A stretch of 64,000 nucleotides of DNA from Octopus vulgaris (GCA_951406725.2 OX597836.1:6386001-6450000); one strand, 5' to 3'. Shown: positions 13,991-26,394, counted from the first letter of the stretch. Translations and numbers: made by a program. The notes: generated by a model from the sequence alone, not told the origin.

Positions 13991-14120
13991 CATACACACA
14001 TGCACACACGCATATATGTACATAAATGTGTGTTTGCGTAAATACATATATATATATATATATATGTGTGTGTGTACATATATATATGCACATATATATA
14101 CATACATGCATACATACATG

Positions 14121-14257
14121 AAGGCGTGGCTGTGTGGCAAGAAGCTTGTTTCCCAACCACATGGTTTAGTCCCACTGCGTGGTACCTTGGGTAAATGGCT
14201 TCTACTATAGCCTCGGACCGGCCAAAACCTTGTGTGACGAAAACTGAAAGAAGCCCG

Positions 14258-14260
<3 letters not shown>
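14121..14260 (+). mobile_element. SINE family A 5' fragment
   Basis: GTGGCTGTGTGGCAAGAAGCTTG...GTCCCACTGCGTGG...CTGAAAGAAGCCCG. Confidence 0.8.
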
Positions 14261-14304
<44 letters not shown>

Positions 14305-14306
14305 CA

Positions 14307-14387
<81 letters not shown>

Positions 14388-14483
14388 GTATATATATATA
14401 ATAATAAATATTAGTAAATAAATTTACAGGGAAAATCAGATTTAGGATTGAATCCAATTTTATAGTAAAATATTATATTATAT

Positions 14484-14749
14484 ATTAGAGACAAAACCAC
14501 TATAAATAAACAAAGAAAGACTAAACCAATACATATAATATAAATTAAATAAAATTAAATTCGTATACACATATTCAATTTCAGATCTTCTATTCAATTT
14601 TAAGTTAAAATTGATAGAAGATCTGAAATATATGAATGTCCTTAGAAGAGACATAGGGGATTTAATTTTATTTAATTTATATTAAATTTTTTTATATTGG
14701 TTTAAGTCTTTCTTTGTTTGATTTGCAAAATAGTGGTTTTGTCTCTAAT
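14484..14749. repeat. AT-rich fold-back palindrome between (TA)n tracts
   Basis: ATTAGAGACAAAACCACTAT (14484-14503) pairs with ATAGTGGTTTTGTCTCTAAT (14730-14749); centre ATTTCAGATCTTCTA...TAGAAGATCTGAAAT near 14604. Confidence 0.85.
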
Positions 14750-14773
14750 TAATATTGTATATATATATATATA

Positions 14774-15220
14774 GTGGAGGTGTGTGGCTTAGTGGTTAGG
14801 GGCATTCGGCTTACGATCGTAAGGTCGCGAGTTCAATTCCAGGCGACGCGTTGTGTCCTTCAGCAGGACACTCTATTTCACGTCGCACCAGTCCACTCAC
14901 CTGGCAAAAACGAGTAGTACCTATGTTTCAATCAATGGAACAGCCTTGTCACACACTGTGTCACGCTGAATCTCCCTGAGAACTGCGTTAAGGGTACACG
15001 TGTCTGTGGAGTGCTCAGCCACTTGCACGTTAATTTCACGAGCAAGCTGCTCTGTTGATCGTATCAGCTGGGACCCACGTCGTCATAACCGACGGAGTGC
15101 TCCTTCGTTGGCCTGCTCCCTTAGCCAGCGGGGTGGCGTCACTTGAAGGCTAAAACAATACGAAGCGCATTGTGACTAGCGATGTGTAGCAACATCTGAT
15201 AGCCTGGCCGGTCACGTGAT

Positions 15221-15228
<8 letters not shown>
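14774..15228 (+). mobile_element. tRNA-derived SINE, head H2 + tail T1 with extension ending (CACGTGAT)2
   Basis: A box TGGCTTAGTGGTTAG, B box GAGTTCAATTCC; 3' half matches 4964-5150. Confidence 0.9.
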
Positions 15229-15268
<40 letters not shown>

Positions 15269-15609
15269 CTGTGTCTGTGTGTCTGTGTGTGTGCGCATGC
15301 GTACGTTGTGCTTCTTATATTTTGTCCTTGCTTCTATGAAAATTGCAACAATCACGGCGGACGTTCAAAATGACAAAACGAAACCATTCAGTATTCTTAC
15401 CACATCTGGAATCGAATCTGTTATTTTGAAGATAGTATTGAGGTTTTCCTCAGATTGCTCATCGCCAACAAGGTTAAACAACCCTAGAATTGGAGAGGGG
15501 TTCGGTTCGAGAAACGATGTCGGAGTTAATGCCCCATATCTGTTGAAAAAAGAAAAATGAAAAATTGTTAAAATAAATTTTACCTTGATGTTGCTAATAT
15601 TCTTTTCTG

Positions 15610-16480
15610 CTGTAGACACAAGGTCCAAAATTTTGGGGGAGGGCGCTAGTCGATTAGATCGATCTCAGTACACAACTAGGCAAAGTTGACCCCGGCGTAA
15701 TTTGAACTCAGAACGTAAAAACAGACGAAATACCTATTTCTTTACTACACACAAGGGGCTAAACACAGAGAGGGCAAACAAGGACAGACAAACGGATTAA
15801 GACGATTACATCGACCCAAGTGCGTAACTGGTAGTTTATCGAAAGGATGAAAGGCAAAGTCGAGCACGGCGGATTTTCCACTCAGAACGTAAAGACAGAC
15901 GAACTACCACTAAGCATTTCGCCCGGCGTGCTAACGTTTCTTCTTTCTTCACTATTCACAAGGGGCTAAGCACAGAGAGGACAAACAAGGACAGACAAAC
16001 GGATTAAGTCGATTATATCGACCTCAGTACGCAACTGGTACTTAATTTATCGACCCCGAAAAGATGACAGGCAAAGTTGACCCCGGCGTAATTTGAACTC
16101 AGAACATAAAAACAGACGAAATACCTATTTCTTTACTAAATACAAGGGGCTAAACACAGAGAGGGCAAACAAGGACAGACAAACGGATTAAGACGATTAC
16201 ATCGACCCAAGTGCGTAACTGGTAGTTTATCGAAAGGATGAAAGGCAAAGTCAACCTCTGCGGAATTTGAACTAAGAACGTAATGACAGACGAACTACCA
16301 CTAAGCATTTCGCCAGGCGTGCTAACGTTTCTTCTTTCTTCACTATTCCGACAAGGAGGGACAAACAAGGACAGACAAACGGATTAAGTCGATTATATCG
16401 ACCCCAGTGCGTAACTGGTACTTATTTATTCGACCCGAGAGGATGAAAGGCAAAGTCGACCTCGGCGGAATTTGAATTTA
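15610..16480 (-). mobile_element. Tandem concatemer of SINE family E (~5 bodies, ~391-bp higher-order duplication)
   Basis: GGCAAAGTTGACCCCGGCGTAATTTGAACTCAGAAC at ~15679 and ~16070; repeated GACAAACAAGGACAGACAAACGGATTAAG. Confidence 0.9.
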
Positions 16481-16653
16481 CAATGTGCAGAGGAAATGTT
16501 GAGTTTTTTCTTTGACATGCCGGACCCCACACAACACTAGAATAATATGATAGTAAGTATTTTGGTGAAGAACACAGCGCGCCGCCTAGTTCGGAAACCA
16601 AACCCAAGATCTGGCGAGTGCAAAACCCTTACCCATAGAGCCACAAGCGTTCA

Positions 16654-16703
<50 letters not shown>

Positions 16704-16707
<4 letters not shown>

Positions 16708-16806
16708 GTTGTATAAAGTCAACATAACGTGACAGTCCCGTAGAGGGAATTACACCACCGCTATATAGCCCTAGGAAGCATCTGATAGCCTGGTCACGTG
16801 ATCACA
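16704..16806 (+). mobile_element. 3' fragment of a retroposon sharing the CATCTGATAGCCTGG...TCACGTGATCAC terminus
   Basis: Terminal ~27 nt match 15193-15223; the upstream sequence differs. Confidence 0.55.
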
Positions 16807-17453
16807 TATATGTATGTGTTCATATGTATGTGTTCATACTAGCTGCGAGAAATCGTGGGGCATTAGCAAACTAGACGGACGGACTACTCGCATACTCCGT
16901 CCACCACATTTAGGTCAACATAATTCTGTCCCTCTATACGATGAAAATTATTGTAAAACACGGTTCGTGTTGATTTCCATTTGTTTCATCGTAGCAAATA
17001 AATTTCTAGTTCTCACAACGGGTGTGACCCAAAATGACATTAATTTTCACAAAATATATTGAGGACGCCACAGACTTTCCAAACACATTTCTATGCAAAA
17101 GACCTACGTCTGCAACATCTGGGAACCCCAAAAGCTGTTTTTTCGAATGATACAACTCTAAATTCTGACAACGATTCCATGTAAACTTGTACTTTATGAG
17201 CATTTGGAAAGAAGCATTCGCTGTTTGTCCTTCTATGAAACAGCGTGGCACCAATGGCAACAGACGTTTCCTTTCTTGAGGTATATGGACAGTAAATAGA
17301 ATAGAAAAGAACACACACACATGTACACACACGCACGCACACACACATACAGATAGATAGTTTGAGGCATACATATAGACTTATTTTCCTACCTGCCTAC
17401 CTACCTACTTACCTACCTCTCTACCTATATATCTTTCTCTCTCTTTCACACTC

Positions 17454-17580
<127 letters not shown>

Positions 17581-17691
17581 CTCTATCTCTCTATCTATCA
17601 ACCTAGCTACCTACTTCTCTCCCTCTGTCTCTATCTATCTCTCTATATAATTTCATATTACGTATTATCTGAACGCACATGATCTAATGCC

Positions 17692-17950
17692 TGTGGAGGC
17701 GCGTGGCTTAGTGGTTAGAGTGTCAGCATCATGATCGTAAGATTGTGGTTTCGATTCCTGGACCGGGCGACGCGTTGTGTTCTTGAGCAAGACGCTTCAT
17801 TTCACGTTGCTCCAATCCACTCAACTGGCAAAAATGAGTAACGCTGCGATGGACTGGCGTCCCGTCCAGCTGGGGAACACATACGCCATTGAAACCGGGA
17901 AACCGGTCCCATGAGCCTGGCTAGGCTTTAAAAGTGCGCATTTATTTTAT
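17692..17950 (+). mobile_element. tRNA-derived SINE, head H2 + tail T2
   Basis: A and B boxes; CCAATCCACTCAACTGGCAAAAATGAGTA then CTGCGATGGACTGGCGTCCCGTCCAG...GAAACCGGGAAACCGGTCC. Confidence 0.9.
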
Positions 17951-18882
17951 ATATATATATAATCACACATACACACATATCTAAACAATTCTATGTATCC
18001 ATACACACATATGCATATATTCTTTACTCAACATTATATATAGACATATACATACTTGTGTATGCGTGTGAGTATGTGTATGTGTGGCTTGTTTTATATG
18101 TCCGTTTGATGTGCTGATAAACTCGCAACTGTTCAAATACTTCGCAGTTGCTTTAGTTTCTTATCTATATCTTTTCACCTCTTATCTTTGAAGTTCTCAA
18201 AACCTTTGTAGTACTAACAGGTGTACGCATTTCTCACGTGTGTTTTATGAGGTAGATGAGAGTATGGTCTAGTTTCAGGTAGCAGAATATCACAAGTCCT
18301 CCAACGTTGTCTAAAATATTTGTGTTGTGGTAGCACTGCGTTGGGAGTGTTTTACCTACTGCGGTCGTAGTTGCTGTGGCTGTTATTGTTGTAGTTGTTT
18401 AAACCAAAGTCAGATAAAGTCAGGCAAACCTTATTATCTATAAAACTTACGATCTTTTGAAGTAGCGTAATCTAGCTTAACATATTCTAATGTATTCGGG
18501 TTTTTTTTTTTTAAAGATATTTGAGTGCAATTTGATACAAAATTTGTTACTATTTCTAGCTAGTCCAAGGAAACATGTAAATGCCTTTTCGAAGAAACCA
18601 GATTTATTAATGATGCGAAATACGAAGAAAACAATGAAAGACACCATTTTTCAAAACAGAAACGTGAAATTGGGAGCAAACAACTGTTGAAAGCCATGTT
18701 CCGCATTTCATGCTATTGTTTGTTTTTTTTGCTGTTGTGGCTCTTGTGGTTGTTGCTATTATTATTATTATTATCATTATTATTATTATTATTACTATTA
18801 TTATTATTATTATTCATCGCCATCATCGTCATCATCGCCATCATCGTCATCATCGTCATCATCGTCATTATCGTCATCATCG

Positions 18883-18928
<46 letters not shown>

Positions 18929-18961
18929 TATCATTATTATCATTATTATTATCATTATTAT

Positions 18962-19612
18962 TCAGTAGTTTTCTTTTTATAGCATGCTTTCACTTCACTA
19001 CCGAGCACAGCTCTGTGTGCCTTAGGTATGTGCTGTGATTTGTTGTGATGCTCTGATGGTTATTGTATGGAAAGTGTTCTGCGTAGGATGTGTGTAGTGC
19101 CTAGTAGTGCAATTTTCGGTATGTTATATGTGTTTGTAAGTCCTGGTGTTTTTGTTATGTATTTGTCTGAATATTTTTTTATCATGCCTAATGCACCTAC
19201 TATGATAGGAATTGTTTCTGTTTTTAGATTCCACATTCTAGTTATCCTCTATTTCCAGGTTTTTGTATTTTGAGAGTTTCTCCATTTCTTTTAGAGACAC
19301 GTTGTCATCTGCCGGTATTGATACATCAATTAGAAAGCATTTTTTTCTTCATGATCTCTGACAACTATATCTGGTCTGTTGGCCTTAATTTCTCTATCTG
19401 TGTGTATCGGCATATCCCAGAGTATGGTTGCTTTCTCGTTTTCTGTGACCTTTTCTGGTGTGTGCCTATACCATCTTTTTTCTGTTGTTATTCCATAATG
19501 TTGGCATAGCTTCCAATGTATGTAGGTTCCAACTCTGTCATGTCTGTGAATATATTCCTTCTTAGCCAGGACTGGGCAGCTAGAGATAATATGATTTATT
19601 GTTTCTTATCCA
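18962..19612 (-). mobile_element. 5'-truncated R4/Dong-clade LINE (endonuclease C-terminus, stop, 3'UTR, TAA tail)
   Basis: RHDRVGTYIHWKLC...NRPDIVV...IPIIVGALG...KIALLGTTHILRRTLSIQ*; ~100-nt UTR running into (TAA)n. Confidence 0.9.
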
Positions 19613-19624
19613 TCTCCATTATTA

Positions 19625-19682
<58 letters not shown>

Positions 19683-19825
19683 CATTATTATTATTATTAT
19701 TATTATTATCATCATCATCATCATCATCATCATCATCGCCATCATCGTCATCATCGTCATCATCGTCATCATCATCATCGTCATCATCGTCATCATCATC
19801 ATCATCATCATCATTATCATTATTA

Positions 19826-19883
<58 letters not shown>

Positions 19884-19897
19884 GATTATTATTATTA

Positions 19898-20330
19898 TTT
19901 CCTTTGCACGGCTTCTAACGCTGGAGATGTACTACAGCGACAGTTTTTCACTACCAGTGAACTAAGGTAACACCTCTTAATTTTTCGAGCACCTTTCCGG
20001 AGTATTCGAGCGGTTCCAAGCAGTGCTAGTTTCTGCAAGTGCTCGACCCTTATTGCAGCCCCTATTTGTTCGACGTACTTCTCGAGATTTTTGCACACTG
20101 TTCACAGGGATCCGACAATTATTGGTACTACTTGCTACCTTTTACATCGACCACAACTGCTTTCATTTCCCAAGCTAACCTGTCATATCTCTCGACTTTT
20201 CTTCCTTCTTATCGCATCTCTTGTTGTCTGCTGGGCATGCTATATCAGCAGAGATTGTTTTCTTTCTCAATTAAGACTATGTTCGCCTTCCTGTTCTCTA
20301 TCTCATGGTCGCACTAAATCATAAAATCTT
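19898..20330 (-). mobile_element. Second R4/Dong-like LINE 3' end (different subfamily)
   Basis: KNLEKYVEQIG...EHLQKLALLGTARILRK; 3' end abuts (TAA)n at 19830-19897. Confidence 0.8.
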
Positions 20331-20870
20331 TTAAAATAAGAACCAGTTTACCACTTACAAATGCCATCGGTAACCGTCTAATTTCTTCTGTAGCATATCT
20401 CTGGTCATCTTATAATTCATTTTGCCATTGGCTGAGAACTTGTCAGTTTTTATCGCCTCAAGTTTTATTAGAAATTCAGCGATTTTATCCTGCAAAATAG
20501 GATCAAAAGATAAACCATTAAATCATTAGCATTCGGTTGGTTGATCAACCAGAAAGAAACGAAAAAGGAAGTAGACTTTAGTAGGATTTGAAGTGGGTGA
20601 GATCAAATTTCTAAGGATCAACGTTCTAGAGGAAAAGGACTGGATGTAGTTTTTAGTGTAGAACCTAAAGGAGGCGGAGTCAGTTTGGGTGAAGTATGTG
20701 TGTACGTATGTATTACGTACATATGTATGTATGATATATCTATATGTATGTGTATGTTTGAATATATAATTGTATGTATGTGCGTATGGAGTCATGCATA
20801 TTTATGTATGCGTATGTATGTATATATGTATGGCACATATTTATGTACATGTATATAATTAAGTATTATA

Positions 20871-21130
20871 AAAATTCTATAATTATGAGCATAATTAGTA
20901 TTGTTGAGTATTGCTGCTGTGTGTGAGTTATCTTTTAGTAGTAGAATAGTAATTTAACTGCTATTTCTAAATTTCGGTATGTGGTGAAACAAATTTTGCT
21001 GAACCCTAATTATAATTATGCTCATAATTATAGAATTTTATGTATAAGTTTACCGATAACGGTTCTTTTAACATACCGAACTACTTGGTAAAATTATTAA
21101 TTATTAATTGATTAATTAATTTAACTTTTG

Positions 21131-21135
<5 letters not shown>
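20871..21135 (-). mobile_element. Copy of the 2745 element 5' region with an internal inverted duplication
   Basis: Homologous to 2755-2975; the 27 bp at 20871-20897 are the reverse complement of 21013-21039. Confidence 0.75.
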
Positions 21136-21185
<50 letters not shown>

Positions 21186-21186
21186 C

Positions 21187-21236
<50 letters not shown>

Positions 21237-21274
21237 GAAAGTAGGTTTGAAAATGCAATTTAAAAGATGTTTAT

Positions 21275-21319
21275 TTACTTAACCGGTTTCACTCTTTGGA
21301 AAAAGATTGTCAAAAGTAA
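21275..21319 (-). ncRNA. Hammerhead ribozyme, U3-A8 variant (left arm copy)
   Basis: Mirror of 21370-21414. Confidence 0.6.
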
Positions 21320-21369
21320 CATAGAATATTATGAATTCAAAAAAATTTTTGAATTCATAATATTCTATG

Positions 21370-21414
21370 TTACTTTTGACAATCTTTTTCCAAAGAGTGA
21401 AACCGGTTAAGTAA
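21370..21414 (+). ncRNA. Hammerhead ribozyme, U3-A8 variant (right arm copy)
   Basis: TTACTT-TTGACAA-T-CTTTT(TCCA)AAGAG-T-GAAA-CCGG-TT-AAGTAA. Confidence 0.65.
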
Positions 21415-21494
21415 ATAAACATATTTTAAATTGCATTTTCAAACCTTCTTTCGTATATAATTCCACTCGTGCGATACCCCACAACTCAACTTTG

Positions 21495-21541
<47 letters not shown>

Positions 21542-21569
21542 AATTCATCATGATGGGTTTTTACCCTTA

Positions 21570-21625
<56 letters not shown>

Positions 21626-21664
21626 GAGTAAGGGTAAAAACCCACTGTAGTCATGAATGACGAT

Positions 21665-21950
21665 GCGATTGGCCCTAGAAGGTCTCCCCTCCAAGGTACA
21701 TGTCCGGGCAAGGCTGTTTTATGGAAGACTAGCAGTCGCCCATTGATGCCAGTCTCCCCCTCTTCACGCCACTGATGTTATCCAAGGGAATGACTGAAGG
21801 GCCGATACAGCTCGGCACCATTCATTTCTACCGATGAGTGAACTGGAGCAACGTGAAAAAAAGGGCACAACACACAACCTGGTCCGGGAATCGAACTCAC
21901 TACTTCATGATTGAGAGCTCGACGCTGTAACCATCGAGCCGCGGGCCTTT
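21665..21950 (-). mobile_element. Degraded SINE, H2-type head with a third tail (T3)
   Basis: GAGTTCGATTCCCGGACCAGG...TTTCACGTTGCTCCAGTTCACTCA, followed by sequence unlike T1 or T2. Confidence 0.65.
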
Positions 21951-21984
21951 ACCACACACACGCGCACGCATATATGTGTATTTT

Positions 21985-22345
21985 TACCTTTTACCTTTTA
22001 CTTGTTTCAGTCACTGGACTGCGGCCATCCTGAGGCACCGCCTTGAAGGATTTTAGTCGAATGAAGAGATCTATGCACATATGCTTTTCCGTCGCCCACT
22101 GGGGTCGGTCTATATTACTGACTGCCCCCTCCTCCAAAAATTTCAAGCCTTGTGCCTAGAGTAGAAAAGAATATAATATATACATAAACGATGGGCTTCT
22201 TTCCGTTTCCGCCCACCAAATGCGCTCACAAGGCTTTGGTCGAGATGAGGCTATAGTGGAAGACATCTGCTTAAGGGACCATGCAGTGGAATTGAACCCA
22301 GAGCCATGTGGCCGGGAAGCAAGCTTTTTTACCGCAAAGCGACGC
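21985..22345 (-). mobile_element. SINE family A (degraded, interrupted by a family E tail)
   Basis: CTTGTTTCAGTCA tail plus GCTCACAAGGCTTTGGTC...GAACCCAGAGCCATGTGG head. Confidence 0.75.
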
Positions 22346-22561
22346 CTGTATATAAGAGTTAATTATGTCCAGTTCCCGCAAACAACAGAAAATCATTATG
22401 AAAAAATTCAACCTTATCATATTACAGCGCCCAGAATCTAATTAGATCGTTATCGTATCGCTTTTCACAAAAGATACTGTTAGTCTGGTGAGGAAGATAT
22501 GGGTTGTACACATCTGCCATTTTAAACGGTGAGATTCACCTTTGACGGGAGTTAGGATAGC

Positions 22562-22702
<141 letters not shown>

Positions 22703-23190
22703 ATTGAAAGAAGGAAGGAAGGGGTTGGAGGTAGGGTCCACTGTGTGGGAACTTAATGCTGAATTGACAAAAGAAAATCCTCAGTTACTTGCAAATAGGA
22801 AAAAAAATACTCTATTCAAAATGGAGAAATCGACGTAGTTACTCGATCTGCTAAAAATGACAGCCACGTTCCCTCCCAAATTACAACCTGTTTGTCGTCA
22901 TAAAAACGTTTACTCGTTTTTATTTATAGCTCTATCTACTTCGAGTTCCTTCAGTTCCACCGTTAAAAACGAATTATTTCAAGTATCTCGATGTTTCTAA
23001 ATACCTGCGTGTATGCGCACACGTATGTGTAAGTATATGTTTGTCTGCGCGTGTGTCTGCTTGTGTAGGTTGATATATGTTAGTAAGTAGATTGCAATAC
23101 CTACCTACCTACCTACCTGCCTACATACACACATACATACATACTTAATTGTTGACGAGGCAACATTGTCTCGTTTTGTACATATGATAT

Positions 23191-23387
23191 CTATTTCTTT
23201 ATTGCCCACCAAGGGGCTAAACATAGAGGGGACAAACAAGGACATTAAGTCGATTATATCGACCTCAGTGCGTAATTGTACTTAATTCATCGACTTCGGC
23301 GGAATTTGAACACAGAACTAACGGCAGACGAAATACCTCTAAGCATTTCGCCTGGCGCGCTAACGTTTCTGCCAGCTCGTCGCCTTA
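23191..23387 (-). mobile_element. SINE family E monomer (tail a) with TSD
   Basis: TSD TTTTGTACATATG(A/G)TAT at 23174-23190 and 23390-23406. Confidence 0.9.
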
Positions 23388-24344
23388 AATTTTGTACATA
23401 TGGTATAGTATCAATACTCTGTTTCACTATGCATTAACAGTGCAATAATTTCATTTTTAAGGTTATCTCTATAGATTTTCTATGGAATTCAGAACCACAC
23501 TGTAAGTTATGAAGTTTCATAACACATACACCTAAGAAATATATGCAATCGAAGAGAGAAAAATTAAGGAATGGTGTATATGCATATTTCAAGGATTATT
23601 GCCCTTTCATCAATACCTTATCTAACCAATCAGCTACCCACGAACATATTATTTAGATATCTACGAATTTTAGCGGTGTAACGTGATTGGACAGACTAAT
23701 TTACATATTAAACGCATTCCAGGAAACTGGTACTTGATTGGTTAGAATCCTTCACGGTAACACCCATTGAGGCAAAAATACATATCCACTTATTTCTTAT
23801 CTCCACGTACTTACTTATCTCCAGACAATCTGCCTATCCTTGTCCTTAATGACATGCCAACTTTAGAGAATTCTCTATTCTTGAGGTTATCTCCTTTTCT
23901 CATATGGAACTGGTCTTAATTGCCGTTTGGTCATTATAACACATCGTCTGGAGGCGGAATTAATTTTGATAAATCAAGTATTTATGTTGTATGATATTTG
24001 ATTTGCTTGTATTCGTCTATGTTATACAAATACATGCCTCTGGCCATTCTGAGTAATTTCTCTTAGCTTATCCTTGTTTAAATTTAATACAACCACTTAG
24101 TGTGTCTGGTTTTAGGGGTCGTCTCGAATAAAAGTATATAATTTTAATCTGTTATTTCATTTATTATGCTTTTATTTCTTGTCAGACAATAAAAAACGAA
24201 ATTAGGTCGCCATTTGGGTAGTTGTTTTGACATCAGCAACCGGAGGTTTTGTGAGAAGCTAAAATATAATGACGAAGCAAACTTCACTTTCACAACGAAA
24301 CCTATCGCCTTAAACCACCTGGTTAATAAATAATGTTTCTATTT

Positions 24345-24612
24345 CTGTGCTGTGTGCGAACCGGCATATCAAAGAATAGATCCCATGTTTCCTATGCGTG
24401 TCATAAAAGGCGACTGAAATAGGTTGATGTAGGACTTGCACTCCGATCCCGTGAAACCCGCACCGGCAATGACAACCCAAACAGACCCGCGGACCGGAGG
24501 GTGGTTGCTTAAGTAGTGCAAAGGGTCATCCGCCAGGGATAAGGAATCACCAAAAAAAAAATGGTGGATACAGTGATGCGCTATTACAGCGCATAACTCC
24601 CTACTACTACTG

Positions 24613-24670
<58 letters not shown>

Positions 24671-24846
24671 TACTACTACTACTGCTGCTGCTGCGGCTGC
24701 TGCTGCTGTTACTACTGCTGCTACTACTACTACTACCACTACTGCGGCTGCTACTGCTACTGCTGTTACTACTACAGCTGCTACAACAACAACTACTACT
24801 ACTACTACTGCGGCTGTTGCGGCTGCTGCTGCTACAACTGCTGCTG

Positions 24847-24905
<59 letters not shown>

Positions 24906-25255
24906 GCTACTACTACTACTACTGTGGCAGATTCAAGCTAGGGATATGAGATGCTGAGTTCTTCACTAAAACAGTTCATTTCAGGTTTCTCTAGCGCCAT
25001 GTGGCAACCGGCATGTCAAAGAATAGACCCGACATCTTCCCTGCGTGATGTAAAATGGCGAGTATACAAGACGTTGGGGGTAGTATTTGAACTCTGACCT
25101 TGTAAACCCCTCACCAGCAACGAATGCCCAAACGGACCCACGAATTGGAGGCTTGTCGCCTGAGAGATGCAAAGGCGTGATCAACCAGGAATAAAAGATT
25201 CACCAAGAAATGGTGGAAGCAACGACGCGTTGTTATAGCGCATGTCCCCACACGG
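24345..25255 (+). repeat. Two diverged ~250-bp direct copies separated by a (CTA)n/(CTG)n array
   Basis: ACCGGCAT(A/G)TCAAAGAATAGA...TGCGTG...GGCGA...CCCAAAC(A/G)GACCC...AAATGGTGGA...AGCGCAT at 24345-24600 and 24985-25255. Confidence 0.75.
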
Positions 25256-25267
25256 CTATAATTTTTT

Positions 25268-25635
25268 CATGGTCCCGGGTTCAGTCCCACTGCGTGGCAC
25301 CTTGGGCAAGTGTCTTCTACTATAGCCTCGGGCCGACCAAAGCCTTGTGAGTGGATTTGGTAGACGGAAACTGAAAGAAGCCCGTCGTATATATGTATGT
25401 ATATATATGCGTGTGTGTGTTTGTGTGTCTGTGTTTGTCCCCCTAGCATTGCATGACAACCGATGCTGGTGTGTTTACGTCCCCGTTACCTAGCGGTTCG
25501 GCAAAACAGACCGATAGAATAAGTACTGGGCTTACAAAAGAATAAGTCCCAGGGTCGAGTTGCTCGATTAAAGGCGGTGCCCCAGCATGGCCGCAGTAAA
25601 ATGACTGAAACAAGTAAAAGAATAAAAGAAAGAAA
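25268..25635 (+). mobile_element. SINE family A (5'-truncated)
   Basis: Runs from the B box GGTTCAGTCCC to the tail GACTGAAACAAGTAAAAGAATAAAAG. Confidence 0.9.
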
Positions 25636-25975
25636 AGGATTACCTTATTGGATGAAAATTCTTTAATTGAGTACGTATTGTATCCAGTTCTTGACTGTTC
25701 ATAGAAGTAGGTCGGGTACTGCATCTGCTGCCAATCAAAAATGTCTTTCTCCAGATTTACAAATTCTGACGATGTATCCTCGGTACCTTGAAAACAACAA
25801 CAAAAACAAATAAAAAGAAGAACGGTAGAAGCTCAATTTTGTTTGCTGTTATTGTAATTATTTTTGTTCTTGTTATTTCACTGTTTAACCCTAGGTCGGC
25901 TTTAACCGAGCAGATCTGTGATCAAAGGCATTTCAGCTATGATAATAGCATTATTTTTTACATATCATCTTTTAG

Positions 25976-26141
25976 AGGCGTAGCAGTGGCTGTGTGGTAA
26001 GTAGCTTGCTTGCCAACCACATGGTTCCGGGTTCAGTCCCACTGCGTGGCACCTTAGACAAGTATTTTCTACTATAGCCTCGGGCCAACCAAAGCCTTTT
26101 GCGAGGATTTGGTGGACGGAAACTGAAAGAAGCCCGTCGTA

Positions 26142-26178
<37 letters not shown>

Positions 26179-26394
26179 GTGTGTGTATATGTTTGTGTAT
26201 CTGTGTTTGTCCCACCAACATCGCTTGACAACCGATGCTGGAGTGCTTACATCCCCGTAACTTAGCGGTTCGGCAAAATTGACCGATAGAATAAGTACTA
26301 GGCTTACAAAGAAAAGTCCTGGGGTAGATTTGTTCGACTAAAGGCAGTGCTCCAGCATGGCCGCAGTCAAATGACTGAAACAAGTAAAAGAGTA
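25976..26394 (+). mobile_element. SINE family A, full length, with internal (TA)/(TG) microsatellite
   Basis: A box TGGCTGTGTGG, B box GGTTCAGTCCC, tail AAGTAAAAGAGTA. Confidence 0.9.

Larger units (their letters stand above)
21230..21459. repeat. Near-perfect 230-bp palindrome (114-bp arms, 2 mismatches, 2-nt centre)
   Basis: Checked base by base around centre 21344/21345; flanked by (TA)n. Confidence 0.95.

Noticed and set aside
17006-17374. Non-repetitive 122-aa and 85-aa minus-strand ORFs
   Set aside because: No recognisable domain or splice context; possibly a decayed transposon, but unsupported.
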